DNA of 64,000 bases from an uncultured bacterium (GCA_963749495.1 CAVVMW010000004.1:832001-896000), one strand, 5' to 3'; positions 20,987 through 32,875 are shown, counted from the first letter of the stretch. A program made the numbers and translations. Notes: generated by a model from the letters alone, not told the origin.

Positions 20987-23900
20987 ATGAAAACCATTAT
21001 TGTTTCTCAACATCGCGCCGGACGGTGGTTCGGCGCAGGGCTCAGGGCTGCCGTCTCCGGCGCAGCGCTGCTCACGTTCACAACGCCGGGTTCAGGCGTC
21101 GAGCGCCAGGTGCTGCGCGGGCACGTGCCGGCAGCGGTCGCCCGGCTCGGCTTGCGGCCACTGGGCCGGCTGCCGGCCACCAACCGGCTGAACCTGGCCA
21201 TTGGCCTGCCCCTGCGCAACACCAACGCGCTCAACAAGTTGCTGGAGGACATGTATGATCCAGCGAGTCCGCAGTTCCGCCGCTACCTGACCCCGGAGCA
21301 GTTCACCGACCAATTTGGCCCCACCAAGGAGGACTATGAAGCCGTCGTGCGCTTTGCCAAAAGCCACGGCTTGGACATCACCGTCACGCATTCAAACCGC
21401 GTGTTGCTGGACGTCGCCGGGCAGGTTGCCCACATTGAGAAAGCGTTTCAGATCACGTTGCACACGTACAAGCATCCCACGGAAGCGCGGCAGTTTTATG
21501 CGCCGGAGGTTGAACCCTTCGTCGAAGCTGGTCTGGCGGTGCTCGACATCAGCGGGTTGAACAATTATTCAATTCCGCGTCCCGCGTCACACAAGGCATC
21601 GGCCAAGACCGCCTCTGGCCCCGGCTCAGGCTCCGGGCCAAATGGCAGTTATATGGGCAAGGACTTCCGGAATGCGTATGCGCCCGCCGTCACTCTGACC
21701 GGCGCTGGCCAGATGGTTGGACTGCTGGCCTTCACAGCCTTTTATGCGGGTGACATCGCAACCTATGAGACCATGGCGGGGCTGCCGAATGTGCCCATCC
21801 AGGTCGTTCTGTTGGATGGATATAACGGGATTCCTGTGCCTGGCAATCTAGGGACAGTCGAAGCCGACTTGGACATCGAGATGGCAATTTCCATGGCCCC
21901 AGGCTTGAGCAAAGTGGTCGTATTCGACGCCGGGCCTAATGGGGTCTTAAACGATGTTCTGAACGCTATGGCGGCTAATCCGCAAATCAAACAATTCAGT
22001 TCCTCTTGGATAGGCTGGAGTGCTAGCGCGACCACCGATAACATATTCAAGCAGATGGCGGCGCAAGGCCAGTCCTTCTTCCAAGCCTCAGGCGACGGGG
22101 ACTCGTGGGCCAACAACCTGCTTTTGCGTACTGTTACGTCGCCGGACTACTGGATTTGGCCGGCGGATGACCCCTACGTCACGAGCGTCGGTGGAACAAG
22201 TCTCACGATGAATAGCTCGGGAGCCTCTTATGCTTCGGAGAGGGTTTGGAACGATGGGAATACTCCTCCCGGATGGGATGGGTCTGGTTACCTCGGAAGC
22301 GGAGGCGGGATCAGCGCCACTTACGCAATTCCGAGCTGGCAAAAGGGCCTCGACATGTCCAACAACCGGGGGTCCATGACCAAGAGGAATTTCCCGGATG
22401 TAGCGATGGTCGCAGAGAATTTTCTGGTGGCCGCCAACGGTTCCACGGGGACCGGGTATTGGGGCACCAGTTTTGCCGCACCGTTATGGGCGGGGTTCAT
22501 GGCGCTCGTCAATCAAGAGGCGGCCGCCAACGGCGAGCCACCGGTCGGTTTTCTCAATCCCGCCCTCTACGCCCTCGGCCAGAGTGCTGACTACACGAAT
22601 AATTTTCACGACATCACGCTCGGCAACAACGCCACCCCCACCAGCGGCAGCTTGTTCCCCGCAGTCCCCGGCTACGATCTCTGCACCGGTTCGGGGCTCG
22701 CCCAAGGGCAGCAACCTGATCCATTCGCTGGCCCTGCCTCAGCGCTTAGTGATCACGCCCAACTCAGCCCTTCTCTTCACCGGTCCCGTTGGCGGGCCGC
22801 TCAATCCGAGCGCACTGAGCCTCTCACTCACGAACCGAACCGGCTCGCTCGACTGGAGCCTGGCCCTGGATGCCGCCTGGCTGACCGTCTCGCCCAGGAA
22901 TGGAACGCTCGTGGCGGGCGGCCCGGCTACGGTTGTCGCGGTCACGCCGAACCTGCTGGCCACCAATCTGGCCGCGGGCAGTTGCACGGCCACTTTGTAT
23001 TTCACCAACCTCAACGATCAGTCTGTTCAAACGCGTCACATCACCGTGGCGATCGTCACCCTCCCGCTCATCACCTCCCAGCCTACGAATCAAGCCGTGC
23101 TGGAGGGGATGACGGCTACCTTCAGCGTGGGAACCGGCACCAATGGGTTGCTGTACTATCAGTGGCAGTTTGACAGCGGGAGTGGCCCCACGAATTTGAC
23201 GGACAGCGGCGGCATTTCCGGTTCAGCCACCAGTGCCCTGACCATCGACAACGTTTCCCCGGGGGACGTGGGCGCCTACTCGGTGATTGTCAGTAACGCC
23301 GCCGGGTCGGTAACCAGTGGCAGCGCTTCTCTGACGATCATCACCGGGCAGGCGCCGGTGATTGTCTCCGCGCCCGCGAGCCAGACCCTTCTGCCTGGGG
23401 CAACCGCGACATTCGCGGTATCTGCTGTCGGTGATCAGCCGCTTTCCTACTTCTGGCGGATGAACGGAACCAACCTGGCCGACGCGGGCAACATCTCCGG
23501 ATCGGCCACCAGCACGTTGACCATCCGCAACGCAACGGTTCTCAAATCGGGGAACTATACAGTGCTGATCACGAACAGCTTTGGGTCCGTCACCAGCGCG
23601 GTGGCGGTGCTGAACCTCCCGGGCGTTACGAGTGCAGGAGTCGCCCTGGAAACCCTCTACTCATTCACCACGAACTCGGTACGGATGCCTTCCCTTCGGA
23701 GGGCTGATTCAGGCAAATAACGGCAGTTTTTATGGCACTGCCAGTGCAGGGGGTCCACAAGGCGTTGGCACAGTGTTCCAAATGGATACCAACGGCGTGG
23801 TGACCCTCGTTTATGCGTTCCCGAACGGCACCGCCGGCAATCCCAACGGCTCCTTACCCTGCGCTGCGCTCGTTCAGGGCACAAACGGTCTCCTTTACGG

Positions 23901-26862
23901 CACGGCCGTTTACGGCGGCTCCACAGGCGACGGCACGCTTTTCCGGATGAGTACGAATGGCACAGGCACTGTGGCCTAGTCGTTGACTTCTGCCAGCAGT
24001 GGTTCGGTGCCTTATGGCGGCCTGGTGCAGGGCCGGGACGGTAACTTCTATGGAACTACCTGGGAAGGCGGAGTTTTTCACTTTCGCTCTGTCACACCGC
24101 CTGGCGCGCCGTACGGCACGGTTTTCAAATTAACGGCTAATGGCAGCCTGACGGCCATTCACTCCTTCAACTACGAGGATGGGGCGTATCCTTCCTCGTC
24201 TCTCGTGCAAGGCGGCGATGGTGCGCTATACGGCACGACTTGGGAGGGAGGCACCCATGGCGGCTGGGGCACAATCTTCAAAATAACGCCCGGCGGCATC
24301 CTCACATCTCTGTTCTCGTTCGCCAATACGAACGGCGCTGTGCCCTTTGCAGGCCTGGTGCAGGATAGCGGTGGCAACTTTTACGGCACTACGACTGCCG
24401 GCGGCGCCTATGGCGCGGGGACTGTCTTCAAGCTGGCTGCCGATGGCACCTTCACGTCCCTTTACTCCTTCAGTGGCGGTAACGACGGCAGCAATTGCTC
24501 CGGCGGGTTGCTGCTGGCCAGCGATGGCAACTTGTACGGCACAACCGTGGGTGGCGGCGTTTACGGCCTCGGCACTGTGTTTCGAATCACTTCCGATGGC
24601 ACTTTGGCGACGCTGGTCCAATTTGACGGATACCAGGGCGTCAATCCCTACTGCACCCTGATTCAGGGCACCGACGGCCGTTTGTACGGCACCACCCAAA
24701 ACGGCGGCGCCAACGGATGGGGCGCGATTTTTCGGCTCAGCCTCGACTCCCCTCTCCAAATCACCCGGCAACCGCAGCCGCAACAGGCCTTCGCGGGCGA
24801 CGCCGCTACCTTCAGTGTCGCGACGTTCGGCAGCCTGCCGGTTGCCTACCAGTGGCTGAAAAATGCAACGAACCTCTACGACGGGCCCTCCCTTTGGGGC
24901 TCCAACTCGCGCGTCCTGACCCTCGCCAACATCAGCGCGGCCGATGCCGCCACTTATTCCGTCGTGATCAGCAACGTGTATGGCGCCGTGACCAGCACCG
25001 GCGCGCGGCTCGATGTGATTTCCTCGCCTCCGACCCTGATCTCAGGACCGGAGTCTCGGACCGTGCTGGTGGGATCGACCGTCACCTTCACGGTGGAGGC
25101 CGGCGGTGACGGACCCCTCTCTTTCCAGTGGCAGGAGAACGGGACCAATTTGGTGGATGGCGGCAACCTTTCGGGCTCGGCTACACCCACCTTGACCTTG
25201 GCGTCGGTTGCCGCGGCGAACGCCGGCATTTATTCGGTCACCGTCAGCAACGCGCTTAATACCGTTTCGAGCCCCGGCGCCATGCTGACCGTGCTGCCAG
25301 TCAGCCCACCGGGGACCAGTTTGAACTTCCGGGCCCGTTTCAGCGGCGGCACAAGTCCATTTAACCCGCACGCCGGCGTGATTCAAGGAACCGATGGCTG
25401 GTTCTATGGCACGACTGTTAACGGCGGCTCCGGGCTCTTTGGCACCGCTTTCAGGCTCTCTCCGGGCGGCGCGTTTGCGGCCCTGCACTCCTTCACCAAC
25501 GGTGTGGACGGGGCCACTCCGTTGGCCGGCCTAACCCAGGCCAGCGATGGCAATTTCTACGGCGCAAGTTCGAAAGGACTGGGCGCGTCACTCGGCACAC
25601 TCTTCCGGATGACCCCAGCCGGTGCCCTCACTCCCCTCTATGCCTTTGGCGGCAGCGATGATGGAGGCAATCCTTTGGCGTCTCTGGCGGCGGGGAGCGA
25701 CGGCAACCTCTATGGCACCGCGTCCACGGGCGGCAGCAACGCCGTTGGCGCCGTATTCAGCCTGAGCACCAATGGCCTCTTTACGCCGCTCTGGTCGTTC
25801 AACTCCACCAATGGCAGTTATCCGGCCGCCCCGCTGGCGCAAGGGAGTGACGGCAAGTTTTACGGCACGACCGCCGCCGGCGGCACCCACGATCTGGGCA
25901 CGGTTTTCTGCCTGAGCACCAATGGGATGTTTAACTCGCTGCTCTCCTTCGATTCCCCTCGGGGTGCCTATCCCAGCAACGGCTTGATCCAGGCCACCGA
26001 CGGCGCCTTTTACGGAACGGCTTCGAGCGGCGGCACCAACGGCGGCTGGGGCACGGTGTTCCGCCTGAGGGCCGATGGCACGCTGACCGCCCTGCATTCC
26101 TTCGACTACGATGACGGTGCGGTACCCGTCGGCGGCTTAGTGCAAGGAACCGACGGCAACCTCTATGGCACCACATCCCAAGGTGGCGTTGGCGGACAGG
26201 GAACCGTTTTCCAGATCACCACCAATGGCGTGCTCACCACCCTGGTCTGGTTCAACGGCACGAATGGCGCCAACCCCCAATCCTCTTTGATTCAGGGGCG
26301 CGACGGCTCCTTCTATGGCACCGCGGAGTTTGGCGGCACTGCATACAATGGCGCTTCCGGCAGCGGTGACGGCCTTGTCTTCCGCCTCACCTTGCCGATG
26401 TTTTTACTCAACCCGTTCACCCAGGCAAGCGCGACCGCGACGGCGCCCTATTCGGCTTCGCTGTCCACTAACGCCGTCGCTCCAGTCGGTGATTTGCTGG
26501 CCTTTGCCAAAGTTAGCGGGCCGGCCTGGCTCACTGCGGCCACCGACGGGACGCTTGCCGGCACCCCCGCCGTGGCGGACATTGGCGCGAACATGTTCGT
26601 CGTCAGTCTGGCTGACACGAACGGCTGGTCCAGTACCGCTACCATGAGCATCACCGTGGCGCCTCTGCCGACAATCTCGATCTCCACCCAAGGCACGAAC
26701 ATCGTCCTGGGTTGGAGCGGGGGCCAACCGCCCTATTCGGTCCAGATGGCCAGCGATCTGGCCAGCCCGGCTTGGCAAACCATCGCTGGTCCTCTGACCA
26801 ACAGCACCTTAATCGTGACACCCACCAACACCGCCGCCTTCTATCGCATCCAGAGCCAGTGA
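20987..26862 (+). CDS. Giant secreted S53 (sedolisin/kumamolisin) protease with pro-domain, Ig domains, tandem GxxYGTT repeats and a C-terminal sorting-like domain; interrupted by frameshifts near 22690 and 23680 and an in-frame TAG at 23977
   Basis: EADLDIE (Glu/Asp), SGDGDS, GTSFAAP (Ser), YDLCTG; Ig repeats with YQW...YSV; repeats LxQGxDGxFYGTT; the four ORF segments join coherently. Confidence 0.82.
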
Positions 26863-27111
26863 CGGCCGAGGCAGTTGGCAGGGGTGAACCAGAACTGGGG
26901 AATCACGGGAGCGACGCTGCATCGTTCCCCCCCAACGAAGCCTCTGGCATTTCTTGGGGATCATCGTGGCGCCGGATAGCCGCAAGGTTTTGGACTGCGC
27001 CCCCGATGTATCGGGGGCGCTTTTTGGACCCTGGGGACACGAAAGCGCCAGAGGACTGGCGCAGTCCAAAACGCTTCGCGATTTCGGGTGCCGGATTTCG
27101 GATTTGGGCTT

Positions 27112-28206
27112 TCACGTTCCCGCCCTAATCCATCCTCCACCCACGACGAGGTCGCCCTGGTAGAACACGGCGGCCTGGCCCGGGGTAACGGCCCGCTGGG
27201 GACACTGGAGCCGGACCCTGGCCCTGCCGCCGTCCAGCGGTGTCACGGTGGCCGGCGTGCCGGGATGATGGTAGCGGATCTGGACGTTGGCCTCGAGGCT
27301 GGGCGGCGGATGGTCGAAGGCAATCCAGTTGCACCGCTCGACCTCGAACTCGGAGCGGGCCAGCGCCGAGGCGTCGCCCACGACGACCCGGTTGTTGGCG
27401 GGGTCCAGTTCGATGACATACAGCGGTCTGGGCGCCGAGACGCCCAGGCCCTTGCGCTGGCCGATGGTGTAGAACTCGATGCCCTGGTGGTAGCCCAGGA
27501 CCTGGCCGTTGAGGTTCACGATCTCGCCCCGGTGCGGCTGCGCCAGCTTCGCCTGGCGCAGGAATCTCCCGTAGTCGTCGTCGGGCACGAAGCAAATCTC
27601 CATGCTCTCCTGCTTCTCGGCGGTCTTGAGGCGCCAACTGCGCGCCACGGCGCGTGCGTCGGTCTTGGTCCGTTCGCCCAGGGGGAAGAGGGCGCGGGCC
27701 AACTGGTCCTGGCGCAGCGAAAACAGGAAATAGCTCTGGTCCTTGTGCGGGTCCAGTCCGCGCCGGAGCAGTGTGCGGGCGCCCTCTGCGGCTGGGCGGG
27801 ACTCCAGCCTGGCAAAATGGCCGGTGGCGACATATTGCGCCCCGAGCTGGTCGGCCCGCTCGATGAGGCGGCCGAATTTGAGGTCCTGGTTGCACATCAC
27901 GCACGGGTTGGGCGTGCGGCCCGCCTTGTATTCCGCGGCGAAGTACTCAATGACCTTCTTTTGGAACACAGCCGCTTCGTCAACCAGGTAGAAGGGGATG
28001 CCCAGCTTGTGGCAGACCGCACGGGCGTCCATGACCGCCTGCGGTCCGCAACACTTGTCCTCGGCGCGCGCGACGCAATCCTGGGGCCAGAGCTTGAGCG
28101 TGATGCCCACCACCTCGTAGCCCTGCTCCAGCAACAGCGCCGCCGCGGCGGAGGAATCCACCCCGCCGCTCATCCCCACCACCACACGCGTTTTGCTCTC
28201 GCTCAC
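27112..28206 (-). CDS. mnmA: tRNA 2-thiouridine(34) synthase, copy 1
   Basis: MSGGVDSS, DKCC, TPNPCVMCN, ATGH, KDQSYFL, ESMEICF, TIGQRKGL, TPGQAAVFY. Confidence 0.96.
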   Translation of the reverse strand: MSESKTRVVVGMSGGVDSSAAAALLLEQGYEVVGITLKLWPQDCVARAEDKCCGPQAVMDARAVCHKLGIPFYLVDEAAVFQKKVIEYFAAEYKAGRTPNPCVMCNQDLKFGRLIERADQLGAQYVATGHFARLESRPAAEGARTLLRRGLDPHKDQSYFLFSLRQDQLARALFPLGERTKTDARAVARSWRLKTAEKQESMEICFVPDDDYGRFLRQAKLAQPHRGEIVNLNGQVLGYHQGIEFYTIGQRKGLGVSAPRPLYVIELDPANNRVVVGDASALARSEFEVERCNWIAFDHPPPSLEANVQIRYHHPGTPATVTPLDGGRARVRLQCPQRAVTPGQAAVFYQGDLVVGGGWIRAGT

Positions 28207-28215
28207 CAGGCGCCT

Positions 28216-28244
28216 AACATACGCGCCGCGCGCAACCCTGTAAA
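28216..28244 (-). promoter_or_regulatory. Sigma70-like promoter of mnmA (near-leaderless)
   Basis: TTTACA-17 bp-TATGTT ending 9 nt before the GTG; conserved in copy 2 (30277-30305). Confidence 0.6.
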
Positions 28245-28255
28245 CCTCACCCGAA

Positions 28256-28346
28256 CGAATGACGAATGACGAATGACGAATGACGAATGACGAATGACCA
28301 ACCGCAAGGTCCTCCTTTCGTCATTCGTCATTCGTCATTCGTCATT
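28256..28346. repeat. (CGAATGA)6 ... (TCATTCG)n inverted heptamer pair
   Basis: Part of the junction repeated at 30491-30585 and 35793-35962. Confidence 0.9.
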
Positions 28347-28549
28347 TCATTCTCCTAACGCACCTCGCGGGTGAAGCGGGTTCGTTTTGTTCTCGCCAGG
28401 AATTCGCGTTCATTCGCGTCTATTCGCGGTTCAACTGCCGTTTCCAGGCTGACTTTGAGAAAATGGAAATCAGGAACGCGGTAAACGAGATCAACCAGGG
28501 AAGTTAATCGGGGTTGACATATAGCCCGGGACTATTGTGATCGGGGGCT

Positions 28550-28745
28550 CGTGAGCATAGCCGCTGGTCCGGGCGCCGCCGGCCATTTGCAGGCCCCGGT
28601 TCGTGCGCAGCCCGTTGACGTAGGTGTACTTCACAGTGTCGCTGGCCCACGGGCCGGCCTCGCTCAGGACCTGCCCCAAGCGGTCGTAAGTGTGCTGGGT
28701 CTGGCGGAGGGCGCCAAACATGTTCGTCACCCGATTCAGGGCGCG
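28550..28745 (-). pseudogene. RHS/YD-repeat protein fragment
   Basis: ALNRVTNM...HTYDRLGQVLSEAGPWASDTVKYTYVNGLRT; no start or RHS core end. Confidence 0.65.
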
Positions 28746-29172
28746 GGAGGTGCATGGGGCACCAAAGCCTTCACCTCCGCCCAAATGCTGGCCTGAGGAA
28801 CCAAGAAGCGGTAAGATTCGAAAATGCAGCACTTCACGTTCAGGAGTTGTCAATACTACGTTCGGACCCCTTTTCGCCGGGCCGCTGGAAGACCCGTTGC
28901 GGTCTGCCTCGAAGTGAAAAGCTATGGTCTGACCCCTCGCCGGGGTGAACCAGAACTGGGGAATCACGGGAGCGACGCTGCATCGTTCCCCCCCAACGAA
29001 GCCTCTGGCATTTCTTGGGGATCATCGTGGCGCCGGATAGCCGCAAGGTTTTGGACTGCGCCCCCGATGTATCGGGGGCGCTTTTTGGACCCTGGGGACA
29101 CGAAAGCGCCAGAGGACTGGCGCAGTCCAAAACGCTTCGCGATTTCGGGTGCCGGATTTCGGATTTGGGCTT

Positions 29173-30267
29173 TCACGTTCCCGCCCTAATCCATCCTCCA
29201 CCCACGACGAGGTCGCCCTGGTAGAACACGGCGGCCTGGCCTGGGGTAACGGCGCGCTGGGGACACTGGAGCCGGACCCTGGCCCTGCCGCCGTCCAGCG
29301 GCGTCACGGTGGCCGGCGTGCCGGGATGATGGTAGCGGATCTGGACGTTAGCCTCGAGGCTGCGCGGCGGATGGTCGAAAGCAATCCAGTTGCACCGCTC
29401 GACCTCGAAGTCGGAGCGGGCCAGCGCCGAGGCGTCGCCCACGACGACCCGGTTGTTGGCGGCGTCCAGTTCGATGACATACAGCGGTCTGGGCGCCGAG
29501 ACGCCCAGGCCCTTGCGCTGGCCGATGGTGTAGAACTCGATGCCCTGGTGGTGGCCCAGGACCTGGCCGTTGAGGTTCACGATTTCGCCCCGGTGCGGCT
29601 GCGCCAGCTTCGCCTGGCGGAGGAATCTCCCGTAGTCGTCGTCGGGCACGAAGCAAATCTCCATGCTCTCCTGCTTCTCGGCGGTCTTGAGGCGCCAACT
29701 GCGCGCCACGGCGCGTGCGTCGGTCTTGGTCCGTTCGCCCAGGGGGAAGAGGGCGCGGGCCAACTGGTCCTGGCGCAGCGAAAACAGGAAATAGCTCTGG
29801 TCCTTGTGCGGGTCCAGTCCGCGCCGGAGCAGTGTGCGGGCGCCCTCTGCGGCCGGCCGCGACTCCAGCCTGGCAAAATGGCCGGTGGCGACATATTGCG
29901 CCCCGAGTTGGTCGGCCCGCTCGATGAGGCGGCCGAATTTGAGGTCCTGGTTGCACATCACGCAGGGGTTGGGCGTGCGGCCCGCCTTGTATTCCGCGGC
30001 GAAGTATTCGATGACCTTCTGCTGGAACACAGCCGCTTCGTCAACCAGGTAGAAGGGGATGCCCAGCTTGTGGCAGACCGCCCGGGCGTCCATGACCGCC
30101 TGCGGTCCGCAACACTTGTCCTCGGCGCGCGCAACGCAATCCTGGGGCCAGAGCTTGAGCGTGATGCCCACCACCTCGTAGCCCTGCTCCAGCAATAGCG
30201 CGGCCGCGGCGGAGGAATCCACCCCGCCGCTCATCCCCACCACCACACGCGTTTTGCTCTCGCTCAC
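29173..30267 (-). CDS. mnmA: tRNA 2-thiouridine(34) synthase, copy 2
   Basis: Same motifs as copy 1; 5 amino-acid differences; GTG start at 30267. Confidence 0.95.
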   Translation of the reverse strand: MSESKTRVVVGMSGGVDSSAAAALLLEQGYEVVGITLKLWPQDCVARAEDKCCGPQAVMDARAVCHKLGIPFYLVDEAAVFQQKVIEYFAAEYKAGRTPNPCVMCNQDLKFGRLIERADQLGAQYVATGHFARLESRPAAEGARTLLRRGLDPHKDQSYFLFSLRQDQLARALFPLGERTKTDARAVARSWRLKTAEKQESMEICFVPDDDYGRFLRQAKLAQPHRGEIVNLNGQVLGHHQGIEFYTIGQRKGLGVSAPRPLYVIELDAANNRVVVGDASALARSDFEVERCNWIAFDHPPRSLEANVQIRYHHPGTPATVTPLDGGRARVRLQCPQRAVTPGQAAVFYQGDLVVGGGWIRAGT

Positions 30268-30308
30268 CAGGCGCTTAACATACGCGCCGCGCACAACCCT
30301 GTAAACCT

Positions 30309-30496
30309 CGCCCGAAGGCGTCTTTTTTAAACCACGGAACACACGGAACACACGGAAAAGGCCCCTTCCGTGTATTCCGTGTATTCCGTGGTTCTCGATT
30401 TTCTCTCGATTGGCACGGAAACTGAGCAGGTCCGATTTTCCCTGTAGATCTGGCACAAGACGATTTGATTAGGCAAGGTTTGGGGCCGCGCCCGAA
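30309..30496. mobile_element. About 180-bp palindrome-bearing insertion flanked by the 8-bp direct repeat CGCCCGAA
   Basis: Absent from homologous junctions at 28250 and 35803; contains aaccacggaacacacgg...ccgtgtattccgtggtt. Confidence 0.7.
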
Positions 30497-30998
30497 CGAA
30501 TGACGAATGACGAATGACCAACCGCAAGGTCTTCCTTTCGTCATTCGTCATTCGTCATTCGTCATTTCATTCTCCTAACGCACCTCGCGGGTGAAGTCGG
30601 TTCGTTTTGTTCTCGCCAGGAATTCGCGTTCATTCGCGTCTATTCGCGGTTCAACTGCCGTTTCCAGGATGACGAATGACGAAGGCTAAATCGAACCCGG
30701 TAACATTGGCACGACCTTTGTCGCGGCCTTTGTCGTCCGGGCGCATCCCAACGCCGCGCCCGGAGTGCGCCCGTCCCCGGGCGCAGCAGCGGCGGAGCGG
30801 CCAGGCGCGCCGGAGCACTTGAAAGGGGTCTGCCATGACTTTTCCCTGCGGCACTCGCACGGAAAGCGTGAGAACGCAGAAAGTGAAAAGTTAAAGTTGA
30901 CCCTTTTCTGGGCTTGCAACCGAGCATTATCGGTTTAAGATGCGTTCAAATATGACGGGCAGTTTGCAATACGTCTATGAAGTTCAAATTGAATCCCA

Positions 30999-31475
30999 AT
31001 GTTCAGCAATTCCCACCAGCCTATGAGTGCACCAAAAGCGCCTGATGCCGATTCGGCAAAGAACCCCTTTGAAGACAATTTGTCTAAATACCGCCAATCG
31101 CTCCTCGCCGCTGAGCAGACCATGCAAGGTGAGTATGACAAGGGTGTGCTGACATTATCTGCGGGTGCCCTTGGGATTTCACTCCTGTTCCTGAAGGATG
31201 TTGTAGGAACCAGGCCGTTAGTTCACAGTTGGTGTCTGTTGGCTGCGTGGACAGTCTGGGGTCTAAGCATTGCGTTTGTGCTGACATCCTATTTCACCAG
31301 CACGAAAGCACTCAGACGCGCTGTCATGGACACAGATTTAAAGAACATCTATGTCACTTTAGCTGAGAGTTGCTGGGCTACCGCAACCAAGGTCTTAAAC
31401 GCTGCCGGAGGTATATGCTTCTTCATCGGCATAGTCCTCCTCGTGACGTTCGTGTCATTCAACCTAACCAAATAG
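30999..31475 (+). CDS. Hypothetical membrane protein (about 3 TM), lower GC, cassette-like
   Basis: YDKGVLTLSAGALGISL, three hydrophobic segments. Confidence 0.75.
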   Translation: MFSNSHQPMSAPKAPDADSAKNPFEDNLSKYRQSLLAAEQTMQGEYDKGVLTLSAGALGISLLFLKDVVGTRPLVHSWCLLAAWTVWGLSIAFVLTSYFTSTKALRRAVMDTDLKNIYVTLAESCWATATKVLNAAGGICFFIGIVLLVTFVSFNLTK

Positions 31476-31480
31476 CATAT

Positions 31481-31669
31481 ATGGCAAACAAACCACGTCC
31501 GACTCCGAACGTTCCTCGGCCTTCAGTTCCACCAGCGCACCAGCCTGCAAGGGGTCCCATCCAGAAGGGATACATTCCGCCGCCGCCCCCACCACCACCG
31601 GCACAGGCGCCCGCGGCACCAGCACCACCGACGCCGCCGCCAGCACCACCGACGCCCAAGGGCAAGTGA
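31481..31669 (+). CDS. Small Pro-rich protein
   Basis: ATG 5 nt after the upstream stop; KGYIPPPPPPPP. Confidence 0.45.
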   Translation: MANKPRPTPNVPRPSVPPAHQPARGPIQKGYIPPPPPPPPAQAPAAPAPPTPPPAPPTPKGK

Positions 31670-31680
31670 CGCCTCCCAAT

Positions 31681-31871
31681 AGCGGGGTCAGAACAAAGTT
31701 TTTCCACAATTCTCCACCGAGGCGGCAGGAACAGGCTTGACATTGGCGGCTTTGGCGGACACCCTCGGGATACGATTCTGGCCCGAAGGCGCTGAATTCA
31801 CGGAGCGTGGCGCGACCTGTGGAGCGATCTATCAGGAGCGAATGGTGAAGAAACGTTGTTCTGATCCCGCT
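31681..31871. mobile_element. About 190-bp element with GGGGTC/GATCCC imperfect terminal IRs
   Basis: agcggggtcagaacaaagtttttc ... gaaacgttgttctgatcccgct. Confidence 0.55.
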
Positions 31872-31954
31872 ATGACCCCGCCACGCAAGCGGTTTGGACG
31901 GCCTTTAGAGATGGTGGCAGTTCGTCGCACGCGTACCCTTGCGACTGCCCCAAT

Positions 31955-32875
31955 TTATATGGTTTCATGGTGACCGCCTTTAGGCTTCGGTTCTGCTATT
32001 CCGGGGACCATCGAGGGAGCTTGATTCCGACTCGCCTCCTTTTCGAGACGCCGCAGCCGACCCTCAAAGCCGGATTTCGTGGCGTCACGGAGCCCTTTCT
32101 TTAGCGCCTCGGAGCAGATTCTCAGCGCCAGATCATATTGGCCCACTCGCCGCCAAAAGAGAGTAGCAGCCTTGAAGATTCTCGGGGCGTTCGGGAATAG
32201 CTTCATTGCCTCATCATAGATGCGGCCAGTCTCGGCGATGGATTGTTCACCGCGGAAGCAGCGGCCGGCAGCATACCAGTGGGCGAAATTGGTGAAGGCT
32301 TGGGGTGTGGGGTCGTATTTTCGCAGGAAGGCAATTCCATGGGTGGATATGGGGAAACGGGTAAAGACCAAGGGGAATTCCGAGCGCCAGAGTGACCAAA
32401 GCGAGGGCACGCCCTGTGATTGGTTGAAGGCGAGCCGCATTTCCGCGCGTGCGTGAACGCAGGCTGCCGCCGTGTCATAGTCCTCGGCTTTGATGAGGAG
32501 ATCCGCCTTCTCACGAAGGTGGGCGTCCTCGACGGCCAGGAGTCGGCATTGAGCAGCTTTCTCAGCAGCCTGCTCTTCGCGGAGTTCCTGAATCTCAGCG
32601 TGTCGAGCATTCCAGATTTCCCAATCGCGGTTGCTGCGATAAAGAACGGTGTGGTGGCGGCCTGAGCAGGTCCAGAGGCAGACGCCTTCGCGAAATTCGA
32701 GAAAGGCCATGCGGAGGGGGATCGAGATTATTCCCGGCACCTGTTCTGTTGGCGCCTCAGATTCGTGGATTCGCTGGCCGTAAACTTGGTAAAACTCCCG
32801 GAGGGCGTCGTCGTCCAGATTCGTGGACCAGATAAACGGGAGGCCAGCGACAGCGATTCTCTCACGGACGTTCAT
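31955..32875 (-). CDS. Hypothetical protein with a helical (TPR-like) C-terminal region
   Basis: 306-aa ORF, ATG start, lower GC. Confidence 0.65.
   Translation of the reverse strand: MNVRERIAVAGLPFIWSTNLDDDALREFYQVYGQRIHESEAPTEQVPGIISIPLRMAFLEFREGVCLWTCSGRHHTVLYRSNRDWEIWNARHAEIQELREEQAAEKAAQCRLLAVEDAHLREKADLLIKAEDYDTAAACVHARAEMRLAFNQSQGVPSLWSLWRSEFPLVFTRFPISTHGIAFLRKYDPTPQAFTNFAHWYAAGRCFRGEQSIAETGRIYDEAMKLFPNAPRIFKAATLFWRRVGQYDLALRICSEALKKGLRDATKSGFEGRLRRLEKEASRNQAPSMVPGIAEPKPKGGHHETI

Noticed and set aside
23977..23979. Pyrrolysine or recoded TAG readthrough
   Set aside because: No pyl genes seen, other genes here use TAG as stop, and a TGG>TAG change or sequencing error is simpler.
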